This document shows, one piece after another, positions 9,517-17,453 of a DNA stretch of 64,000 bases. This DNA is from Dehalococcoidia bacterium. Lineage in GTDB: Bacteria > Chloroflexota > Dehalococcoidia > Bin125. The stretch covers positions 32,460-96,459 of the forward strand of contig JAJDYG010000009.1 in NCBI GenBank assembly GCA_022822855.1. Reading direction: 5' to 3'. Within the stretch, counting starts at the first letter, position 1. Each line of letters begins with the position of its first letter. Made by a program: the position numbers and the translations under genes. The notes beneath the pieces were generated by a model. The model did no database searches. It saw nothing but the letters and a program-made list of their open reading frames with translations, and was not told the DNA's origin.

Positions 9517-10998
9517 ATGCAGAAGTACCTGATCCGACGATTCCTGCTTGTGATCCCCACCTTGTGGCTGGTTATCTCGATCCTCTTCCTCGTGCTGAAT
9601 GCGTTGCCGGGCGACTACGTCACAATCAAGCTGTCCAACTTGGAAGCATCAGGCGCGACCAAGATTGAAGCTGAGATCGTCGGCGAGCTGGAGGTCGAAC
9701 GCACCCTGCATCGCGTCGTCGGTGGCGACACTGTCGCCTCAGTTGCGGCGCAGTATGGGGCTGCCGTTGACGACATCGTTGCCGTCAACCCCAATCTTGA
9801 TGCCGGATCTGAGCTTCGGCCCGGCTCGACCATCGTGGTGATCGATGGCCAACTCCTCTCGTCTATCGCCCGGACCTCGAGGCTTTCCCTGCCCGAGGAG
9901 AATGAAGCGGGCATCGCGCTGCTTCAGGAGCGCAACCCCGACGTTGAATTCGGCACCTTCGCCGGTCAGCCGTTCGCGCCCGCCGGCGTCACTCTGACCC
10001 TGCGCGAGAGCACGACCTTACGTGAACTCGCCGAAGTCAACCGCGTCTCCCCCGACGACTACATGAACGTCAACTTGGAGGGCACTCCCGCCAATGAAGA
10101 TGGCTCCTTGACCGTCGATACGCCGCTCTTACCCGGCGACATCTACATCTCGCCGACCCGAGAGATCACCGAGGCGAGCATCAAACATCAGCTTGGCATC
10201 GACAAGCCGCTGGGCCAGCAGTACATCGAGTACCTGTGGGACACGATCCGGTTCCAGTTCCGACCGTCCTTCCAGACCAACGAACCGTCGATGGACATCT
10301 TCCTGCGCTCGTTGCCACGGACGCTGCACCTGAATGCTTACGCGTTGATCGTGGCAGTCACCGTGGCGTTGCCGGTTGGCATCCTCTCGGCGATGCGGCA
10401 GGACCAGGCGCTCGATTACGGACTGCGAGGATTCGCCATCCTGGCCTTGGCCGCGCCTTCCTTCTGGATCGCGACCATGATGATCTTTGTGGTCTCGCCG
10501 GGTGGCATCTTCGAAGGAGGGATTTGGTCGATCCCGCTCACCGACGAGGAGGCGCGGAGCATCTTTACCTCGGTTGATGGGTTCTTTGCGCTCTACACGA
10601 TTCCGGCTGTAGCGGGCGGCATAGCCGCCGGCGCCGGACTAATGCGCATCACTCGCTCCGAGTTGCTCGAGGTCCTGCGTCAGGACTACGTGCGCACGGC
10701 TTGGTCAAAGGGCTTGCGCGAGCGAGCCGTGATCCGCCGGCACGCGCTTCGCAACGCGCTCGTGCCGGTGCTCAGCGTGTTCGGACTGCAGTTGGCGGCC
10801 CTGGTCGGCGGCAACATCATCCTCGAAGTGCTGTTCAACATCCCCGGCGTCGGACTCATGCTGCTGCAGCGGCTCTACCAGGCAGACATCCCAGTGATCC
10901 AGACGGCGGTGTTCTTCCTCGCGCTGTTTGTGATCATCGTCAACATCGTGATCGACATCAGCTACGCGCTGATCGATCCGCGCATCCGCTACACCTAG
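9517..10998 (+). CDS. ABC transporter permease, DppB/OppB-like, with LysM-like periplasmic insertion (paralog)
   Basis: Collinear with 4325-5950. Carries the LysM-like unit HRVVGGDTVASVAAQYGAAVDDIVAVNPNLDAGSELRPGSTIVVIDG and the LGIDKPLGQQYIEYLW block. Confidence 0.85.
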   Translation: MQKYLIRRFLLVIPTLWLVISILFLVLNALPGDYVTIKLSNLEASGATKIEAEIVGELEVERTLHRVVGGDTVASVAAQYGAAVDDIVAVNPNLDAGSELRPGSTIVVIDGQLLSSIARTSRLSLPEENEAGIALLQERNPDVEFGTFAGQPFAPAGVTLTLRESTTLRELAEVNRVSPDDYMNVNLEGTPANEDGSLTVDTPLLPGDIYISPTREITEASIKHQLGIDKPLGQQYIEYLWDTIRFQFRPSFQTNEPSMDIFLRSLPRTLHLNAYALIVAVTVALPVGILSAMRQDQALDYGLRGFAILALAAPSFWIATMMIFVVSPGGIFEGGIWSIPLTDEEARSIFTSVDGFFALYTIPAVAGGIAAGAGLMRITRSELLEVLRQDYVRTAWSKGLRERAVIRRHALRNALVPVLSVFGLQLAALVGGNIILEVLFNIPGVGLMLLQRLYQADIPVIQTAVFFLALFVIIVNIVIDISYALIDPRIRYT

Positions 10999-11024
10999 AA
11001 GTTCGCCAGGTAACCGAGCAGACC

Positions 11025-12257
11025 ATGAGCCAGCAATCCGGCGCCACCGATCAACTCGACGATTTTGCCGCGACTGAGGGTCTGCGCATCGATCAGGCGA
11101 CCGGCCTGCGGCGCGCCCTGGTCTCCTTCCGCGACTTCATGGTGACCAAGCGCCTCGGCGCTGCCGGCGTGATAATCGTCGTGCTCTGGAGCGTGATCGC
11201 CGTTGGTACCGTCGGTGACGGCGGAGGCTGGTTGGGAATCGGGCGCTACGACTCGCGCAGCGTGTTCGAAATCCCTTCCGTCAAGTACGCCGATGACAAG
11301 CTCGCCAACGCGCTTGATGGCCTCTCCGCCGACACCTCGGACGCTGAGCTCCGCGCCATCGTCAGCGAACCCGAGATTTTCGGCGAGCCCGCTGCTGACG
11401 TCAACGTTCAGGCCGAAATGGTCGACTATGCGCTGCAGCAGATCGAGGCCGGACTGCTGCTGGAGACCCTGATCGAAGAGGAACAGATCGAGATCCAGGA
11501 CGGCACCATCGTCGACGTCGACAGCTTGCTCGCCGCTGGAACTGACAATCCACTGATTACCGCCTCGCTGCTGGGACCTTCGGGTAAACACTGGTTTGGA
11601 ACCGATCGTGCCGGACACGATCTGTTCTCGCGGGTCACCGAGGGCGCAAGGCTATCGCTGTACATCGGATTCTTCGCCACGCTGATCGGCGTAATCGCCG
11701 GCACAGCGACCGGTCTAATCTCAGGCTCATTTGGAGGTTCGGTCGATCTGGTCATCAACCGCATTCTTGACGCCGTTCAGAGCTTCCCGCCAATCGCATT
11801 CCTGCTTCTGATCGCTTCGATCACCGATCCCTCAGCGCTGTGGGTGACGCTGTCGCTCTCGGTGTTGGGGATTGCGCCGACTAATCGGATTGTCCGAGGG
11901 AGCGTGATCCAGATTCGCGAGATGCCGTACGTCGAGGCAGCTCGTACGATCGGCGCAAACTCGACACGAGTGATGGGATTCCACATCCTGCCCAATATTT
12001 TCGCGCCCCTGATCGTCATTTTCTCGATCACGATCGGTGCATTCATCCTCGCCGAAGCAGCGCTTAGCTTCCTTGGCTTGGGCACGCTCGATGTGTCGTG
12101 GGGGAAGATGATTGCCGACGGACGCCAGTTCATCGTCTATTCGCCCTGGACATCGCTCTGGGCCGGTCTCGCCTTGACCTCGCTCGTCTTCGGCTTCAAC
12201 GTTCTCGGTGACGCCCTGCGGGATGTCCTCGACCCGCGACTTCGTGGTAGCCGCTAG
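11025..12257 (+). CDS. ABC transporter permease, DppC/OppC-like (paralog)
   Basis: Collinear with 5974-7215. The start is placed at the ATG of MSQQSG (11025) rather than the ORF-track start at 10701, which overlaps the upstream permease. Confidence 0.8.
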   Translation: MSQQSGATDQLDDFAATEGLRIDQATGLRRALVSFRDFMVTKRLGAAGVIIVVLWSVIAVGTVGDGGGWLGIGRYDSRSVFEIPSVKYADDKLANALDGLSADTSDAELRAIVSEPEIFGEPAADVNVQAEMVDYALQQIEAGLLLETLIEEEQIEIQDGTIVDVDSLLAAGTDNPLITASLLGPSGKHWFGTDRAGHDLFSRVTEGARLSLYIGFFATLIGVIAGTATGLISGSFGGSVDLVINRILDAVQSFPPIAFLLLIASITDPSALWVTLSLSVLGIAPTNRIVRGSVIQIREMPYVEAARTIGANSTRVMGFHILPNIFAPLIVIFSITIGAFILAEAALSFLGLGTLDVSWGKMIADGRQFIVYSPWTSLWAGLALTSLVFGFNVLGDALRDVLDPRLRGSR

Positions 12258-13292
12258 ATGGTTGATCTGACGGACGCTCCCGAACTGCCTGGCGGCATCC
12301 TTCGCTTCACCCTGCCCATGTTCCCGCCGCTGGGGCATGTCCATGTCTGGCTGATCCCAACCGGCAATGGCTGGGCGATGTTCGATGCCGGGTTCCCGAC
12401 GCCCCAAGGCGTGGACAAGCTTGAAACCGAGATTGAGCCGCTGCTCACCGACGGCCGTCGACTCGAGGCGGTCTTCATCAGTCACTACCACCCCGATCAC
12501 ACCGCCTTCGCCGGGCGCCTCCAGCGCGCCTTTGGCTGTGACGTTTACGTCCACGAAGCCGATTGGGAGCGCATGCGGCGGATGCAGCAGATGCGCGAGT
12601 CGGACGACGGCAGCGGCGACGCGTTCCGGCGTCGCTTCTCCAGCGGTTGGACTGAGGCGCTCGACGATCACGAGTTCGAAGGCGAACAATCGCAGGAAGC
12701 CGGCGACGGTATGTTCTCGAAGATGCGCGATGCGCTGAAGGACATCGACCTTCCGATGCCCGAACCGAGCTTGCTCTCGGGCGGCGAAACGATTGATATC
12801 GGCGGCCGCGAGTTCGAGGCCATCTGGACGCCGGGTCATACGGAGGGCCACCTGTGTGTCCGTGACCTTGACCAGAATGCTCTCTTCACCGGCGATCATC
12901 TGCTGGGCCGGATCACTCCGCACATCGGTATGTGGCCCGATCAGCGCCGCTCGCCGCTTCCCGACTTCGAACAGTCCCTGGGTTTGGTTCAGGAACTCAA
13001 CGCTTCGATCGCACTGCCTGCCCATGAGGCGGTCATTGAACACCCGGCGGAACGCGCGGGTGAGATACTCGAACATCATCAGATCCGCCGGCAGGACATG
13101 CTCAATGCCGTCGCCGATGGCAACCACACGGTCAGGGACATCGCGATTCGAACCTTTCCCAAGCGGGCGAAGGATCGGATGCAGCTCACGATGGCGATGT
13201 CGGAGACCGCGGCGCACCTTGAAGCGCTCGTCGAAGAGGGCGAGCTCGTTCGCTCCGGCGAGGGCGTCGGGCGACAATACTCGTCCCTCTAG
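12258..13292 (+). CDS. MBL-fold metallo-hydrolase
   Basis: HYHPDHTAF (HxHxDH) motif. The start codon lies 1 nt after the permease stop. Confidence 0.75.
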   Translation: MVDLTDAPELPGGILRFTLPMFPPLGHVHVWLIPTGNGWAMFDAGFPTPQGVDKLETEIEPLLTDGRRLEAVFISHYHPDHTAFAGRLQRAFGCDVYVHEADWERMRRMQQMRESDDGSGDAFRRRFSSGWTEALDDHEFEGEQSQEAGDGMFSKMRDALKDIDLPMPEPSLLSGGETIDIGGREFEAIWTPGHTEGHLCVRDLDQNALFTGDHLLGRITPHIGMWPDQRRSPLPDFEQSLGLVQELNASIALPAHEAVIEHPAERAGEILEHHQIRRQDMLNAVADGNHTVRDIAIRTFPKRAKDRMQLTMAMSETAAHLEALVEEGELVRSGEGVGRQYSSL

Positions 13293-13361
13293 TTCTGCCG
13301 CCGTATGACGTTCGTTACCTTCTAGTTCAGAGTCAGACTCCGCGCGCATCGGAGGCGAGAG

Positions 13362-14237
13362 ATGGCAGATCTGTCAGGCAAGGTTGCATTCATTACTGGC
13401 GCGGGAAGTGGCATCGGTCAAGGGACTGCGGTCCGGCTCGCTCGCGACGGCGCCGACATCTGCATCGCCGAGATCGACCTTGAAGCAGCGGAAGAGACGG
13501 CGTCGATGGTCCGTGAGTTCGGACGCTCGGCACAGATCGTGCGCTGCAACGTCGCCTCGAAGGATCAGGTCCAGGACGCCGCCGACGCCTGCGTCAGCGA
13601 ACTTGGCAGCATCGATATCGCCGTCGCCAACGCTGGAATTGGTCGCGGGGGCTCGGTGCTCGACATGGAGCTGAAGGACTGGCAAGACCAGGTCGACATC
13701 AACCTGACTGGAGTGTTTCTCACCGTGCAGGCAGCGGCCCAGCGGATGGTCGCTGCCGGCAGTGGTGGGCGCATAGTCTGCATCTCATCGCTGGCGGCGC
13801 TCAACACCAGCCAATGGATGTGGAGCTACTCGGCGACGAAGGCAGGCGTCGCGATGATGGTTCGTGGCTGGGCGGGAGACCTCGGACCTCACGGCATCAA
13901 CATCAACGCGATTGGACCCGGTGTGATTGACACGCCCCTCGCCCATTCACTGGCCGGTGATGAGGGAGGACCGATCCGGACGGCACTGGAGGAGGCGACG
14001 CCTCTCGGGCGCTCCGGTGTGCCCTCGGACATCGCCGGACTGATCTCTTTTCTGGTCGGGCCGGACGCCGATTTCATGACCGGCACCTACCTCGTCATGG
14101 ACGGCGGCATCCGTGACGCTCGCGGCGGCGGATTGCTGGAGGACCCGGAGACGCCGCTCGGGCAGGAGCGCGCCCGCCACATGCAGGCCAGCGAAGAGCG
14201 GACGGCCCGCCTTCAGCCTCTGATCGATCAGCGTTAG
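13362..14237 (+). CDS. SDR family oxidoreductase
   Basis: TGAGSGIG Rossmann motif and YSATKAG catalytic YxxxK. Confidence 0.8.
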   Translation: MADLSGKVAFITGAGSGIGQGTAVRLARDGADICIAEIDLEAAEETASMVREFGRSAQIVRCNVASKDQVQDAADACVSELGSIDIAVANAGIGRGGSVLDMELKDWQDQVDINLTGVFLTVQAAAQRMVAAGSGGRIVCISSLAALNTSQWMWSYSATKAGVAMMVRGWAGDLGPHGININAIGPGVIDTPLAHSLAGDEGGPIRTALEEATPLGRSGVPSDIAGLISFLVGPDADFMTGTYLVMDGGIRDARGGGLLEDPETPLGQERARHMQASEERTARLQPLIDQR

Positions 14238-14247
14238 GAGCTGGTTA

Positions 14248-15366
14248 GTGTCAGCCTCTGTGCACCCTTCGCAAATGCCCGAGATTCCAGACTCAGCGCG
14301 CGCGATGGTTCTGACGGGTGTCCGCCAGCTTGAGATGCAGTCGTTTCCTATTCCCGAGCTTGGCCCTGACGATGGTCTGCTGCGGATGGAAGTGTGCGGC
14401 ATTTGCGGCTCCGACTACGAGCAGTTCAACGGACACTTCTCGTCCCAGGTCCCTGTGATTCCCGGACATGAGCCCGTCGGCCGGATCGCGGCCTTGGGAG
14501 AGCGCGCCCGCGAGCGATGGGGCGTTGAGGTCGGCGATCTCGTCTCGGTCGAGCCCGGGGTTCGCTGCGGGCGATGCGCGCACTGTCTCGACGGTCGTCA
14601 GTGCAGCGACGGCGCCGGCATTGGCTACACGCTCACCGACCGATCGCCCGGCCTCTGGGGCGGCTATGCCGAGTATCTCTATCTGCATCGCTCGACCGTG
14701 ATGCACCGGATGCCGAATGACATGCCACCTCGGCTCGCTGCTCTCTACAATCCGCTGGGCGCCGGATTCTCCTGGGCGGTCAATGCCGCCAACCTGCAAG
14801 TCGGACAAACCGTGGTCGTGCTCGGTGCCGGACAGCGTGGGATCTGCTCGATCATCGCCGCGCGCGCGGCCGGAGCGGGGACGATCATTGCCACCGGATT
14901 GGCGCGCGATGAGCACAAGCTGTCGCTCGCTCGCGAGTTCGGGGCAGACCTCACCCTCGTCGCAGACAGTGACCCGGTGGTCGAACGAGTCCTCGAAGCC
15001 ACTGACGGCCGCGGGGCTGACGTGGTCATCGATGTCACGCCGTACGCGACCGATCCCGTCTCGGAGGCGATGAAGATGGCTCGCCGCGGCGGCACTGTTG
15101 TGCTGGCCGGACTCAAGGGCGGACGCCGCGTCCCCGAGTTCAACTCCGACGACATCGTCATGCGCCACCTGCAGGTTCGGGGCGTCTTCGGCGTCGACCA
15201 TGAATCCTTCGTCCAGGCGGTCGAGACGATTCGCTCCGGCCGCTTCCCGTTGGAGCGTCTGCATACGCACGCGTTCGGACTGGAGGACGCCGCCACCGCG
15301 ATCGATACGCTCGCCGGCGAAACCGGCGAGCCAGCGGTCAACGTAACGATTGAGCCCTGGCTCTGA
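14248..15366 (+). CDS. Zinc-dependent alcohol dehydrogenase (MDR family)
   Basis: GICGSDYEQ and GHEPVGRI zinc-binding motifs, and a GAGQRG Rossmann segment. Confidence 0.8.
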   Translation: MSASVHPSQMPEIPDSARAMVLTGVRQLEMQSFPIPELGPDDGLLRMEVCGICGSDYEQFNGHFSSQVPVIPGHEPVGRIAALGERARERWGVEVGDLVSVEPGVRCGRCAHCLDGRQCSDGAGIGYTLTDRSPGLWGGYAEYLYLHRSTVMHRMPNDMPPRLAALYNPLGAGFSWAVNAANLQVGQTVVVLGAGQRGICSIIAARAAGAGTIIATGLARDEHKLSLAREFGADLTLVADSDPVVERVLEATDGRGADVVIDVTPYATDPVSEAMKMARRGGTVVLAGLKGGRRVPEFNSDDIVMRHLQVRGVFGVDHESFVQAVETIRSGRFPLERLHTHAFGLEDAATAIDTLAGETGEPAVNVTIEPWL

Positions 15367-15488
15367 GCCGGTCAGGAACCACTGCGACATAGGAGGCCGT
15401 TCGATGGTCGGTTAGGATTGCCCTATGCGTTGCATCGTCTCTGCCGGTGCCGCGGCGTGGATCTTCCGATGACTCGAAGGGGACAGTG

Positions 15489-16139
15489 ATGCCCGAACTT
15501 TCTATCAGCGATCAGATCGTCCTGTTGGGACTAGGCGAAGACGGAGTGCTCGACCGGCCATACGACGGCCGGCTCGACTACGCGATTGCCGGAGCGTCGC
15601 TGCTGGACCTGTCGTTCCTGAATCGGATCGATACCGACCCCAACCGGCTGTTCATCATCTCCGCTGACTCGACCGGCAATCCGCTGCTCGACAGTGTGCT
15701 TCATCAGATCAATTCCGGCCCGCCCAATCAGCCGATCTCATACTGGATCTCCGAGATCGCGCGATACTCGCTCGTGCTTCGACAGCAGATCATTGAAGAC
15801 CTGACCGATCGACACGTCATCCAGCGGGAAGCCGGACGCCGGCTGATCGTGCTCAAGTCGGAGAAGTTCCCGCCGGTCGATCCACAGGTTGTCCGCGATG
15901 TCCAGCGCAAGCTGATCGATACCCTCCTCTCCGACGAGATCCCCGACCCCGAGACGGTCGCCCTGATCGGTCTGGCGCGGGCCAGCCGTCTGCTCGAGCT
16001 CTTGCTTCCCCGCGAGTACCTCGACCGCGTCGAAACCCGCATCGAACAGCTCGCCCGCATGGACCTGATCGGCATGAGCGTGAACCGCACCCTGGACGAA
16101 ATCCAGGCGGCCGTCGCGCTCGCGGTGCCGGGCCTCTAG
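15489..16139 (+). CDS. GPP34/GOLPH3-like family protein (hypothetical)
   Basis: N-terminal pattern LSISDQIVLLGLGEDG ... YAIAGASLLDLSFLNRI resembles the GPP34 family. Start taken at the internal Met (MPELSIS). Confidence 0.5.
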   Translation: MPELSISDQIVLLGLGEDGVLDRPYDGRLDYAIAGASLLDLSFLNRIDTDPNRLFIISADSTGNPLLDSVLHQINSGPPNQPISYWISEIARYSLVLRQQIIEDLTDRHVIQREAGRRLIVLKSEKFPPVDPQVVRDVQRKLIDTLLSDEIPDPETVALIGLARASRLLELLLPREYLDRVETRIEQLARMDLIGMSVNRTLDEIQAAVALAVPGL

Positions 16140-16181
16140 GCGTTCGTGACTCCTGCGACCTGAGCGAGACGGGACATTCCG

Positions 16182-17390
16182 ATGGACTGGAACGACACGC
16201 CCGAACAGGCCGCGTTCCGCGGCCAGGTGTCGTCTCTGATCGCCGAGCGTCTGCCCAGGCGCTACCGCGATCTGGCCGCTCGCGGCGCGATGCCAGAGCG
16301 AGCCTGGGAGAACGACCGCAAGTCCAGTGACCCGGTCGAGTACGCGGCGGCCATTGACTGGCACGCCGCGCTTGCCGAGCGGCACTGGGTGGCGCCGCAT
16401 TGGCCGTCCGAGTACGGCGGCGGCGGCCTGACGCCGATGGAGCAGTTCATCTTCAACCAGGAGATTGCAGAAGCCGGTGCGCCAGGCGTCGGCGGATCCG
16501 GTGTGAACATGCTCGGCCCAACGTTGATCGTCCACGGGTCGGACGAGCAGAAGGCGAAGTATCTGCCGCCGATCCTCGACGGCAATGTCACCTGGGCTCA
16601 GGGCTACAGCGAACCCGGCTCCGGCTCCGACCTTGCCTCGCTGACCACCCGCGCCGTTCGAGACGGCGACGATTTCATCATCAACGGACAGAAGATTTGG
16701 ACCTCCGCCGCGCATACGGCCGACGCCATGTTCGCCCTCGTCCGCACCGACCCGGACGCGCCCAAGCATCGCGGCATCTCGTTCGTGATGATCGACGACA
16801 TCAAGACGCCCGGGATCACGGTGCGGCCGTTGATCAACATCAACGGCGACCACTACTTCAACGAGGTCTTCTTCGAGGATGTCCGCATTCCCGCGAACAA
16901 CCTCGTGGGCGAGCTCAATCGCGGTTGGTACGTGGGGATGACGCTGCTGGACTTCGAGCGCTCTAACATCGGTGGCACGGTCGCGGCGCGCCGCCAGCTT
17001 CGCCAGTTGATCACGCACATCCAGAACAACGACCAGGGCGCCCGCGAGCGTGTCACGCCGGAGTTGCGGCAGGAGATCGTCGACCGCTACGTCGAGACCG
17101 AAACGCTGTACCAGTTCAGCTTCCGCATCATCTCGATGCAGTCGGCGGGTCTGGTGCCGAACTACGAGGCTTCGACGGCAAAGCTGTTCGCCTCCGAGCT
17201 GAGCCAGCGCCTGGCGCTGACCGCGACCAAGGTCTTCGGCCTCCACGCTCAGCACTGGAGCGACTCGCCGCCGGCCAGCACATTCACTCGCAACTACGTC
17301 GGGATGGTTCCCGCCACGATCCGAGGCGGAACCTCAGAGGTTCAGCGCAACGTGATCGCCACCCGAGGTCTGGGCCTGCCTCGGGCCTAG
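16182..17390 (+). CDS. Acyl-CoA dehydrogenase
   Basis: ACAD middle and C-terminal domain motifs (GYSEPGSGSDLASL, QKIWTSAAH, IRGGTSEVQRNVIA). Confidence 0.85.
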   Translation: MDWNDTPEQAAFRGQVSSLIAERLPRRYRDLAARGAMPERAWENDRKSSDPVEYAAAIDWHAALAERHWVAPHWPSEYGGGGLTPMEQFIFNQEIAEAGAPGVGGSGVNMLGPTLIVHGSDEQKAKYLPPILDGNVTWAQGYSEPGSGSDLASLTTRAVRDGDDFIINGQKIWTSAAHTADAMFALVRTDPDAPKHRGISFVMIDDIKTPGITVRPLININGDHYFNEVFFEDVRIPANNLVGELNRGWYVGMTLLDFERSNIGGTVAARRQLRQLITHIQNNDQGARERVTPELRQEIVDRYVETETLYQFSFRIISMQSAGLVPNYEASTAKLFASELSQRLALTATKVFGLHAQHWSDSPPASTFTRNYVGMVPATIRGGTSEVQRNVIATRGLGLPRA

Positions 17391-17453
17391 CTCGCCCAGC
17401 CACTCACACGAGAATTTCCTGTGTCTGCGCATATCATCCTCTGAGATGCGACA

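Noticed and set aside
10701-11024. N-terminal extension of the second DppC-like ORF, which overlaps the upstream permease gene
   Set aside because: The extension is Arg/Pro/Ala-rich and out of frame with conserved permease sequence. The internal ATG at 11025 (MSQQSG) gives a protein collinear with the paralog at 5974. Similar extensions were trimmed at 25324 (to 25588), 30519 (to 30663), 21991 (to 21910), 46179 (to 46119), 46112 (to 46178), 47565 (to 47604), 25610 (to 25487) and 57350 (to 57380).
11832-13349. 505-aa minus-strand ORF
   Set aside because: It is antisense to the DppC-like permease and MBL hydrolase genes. Sense frames carry recognisable motifs and the antisense frame has none. 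Other long antisense ORFs follow the same logic: 8186-9379(-), 14293-15390(-), 15738-17255(-), 17334-18971(-), 25711-27042(-), 57320-58609(-), 60630-61451(-), 20275-20778(+), 20726-21340(+), 22225-23250(+).
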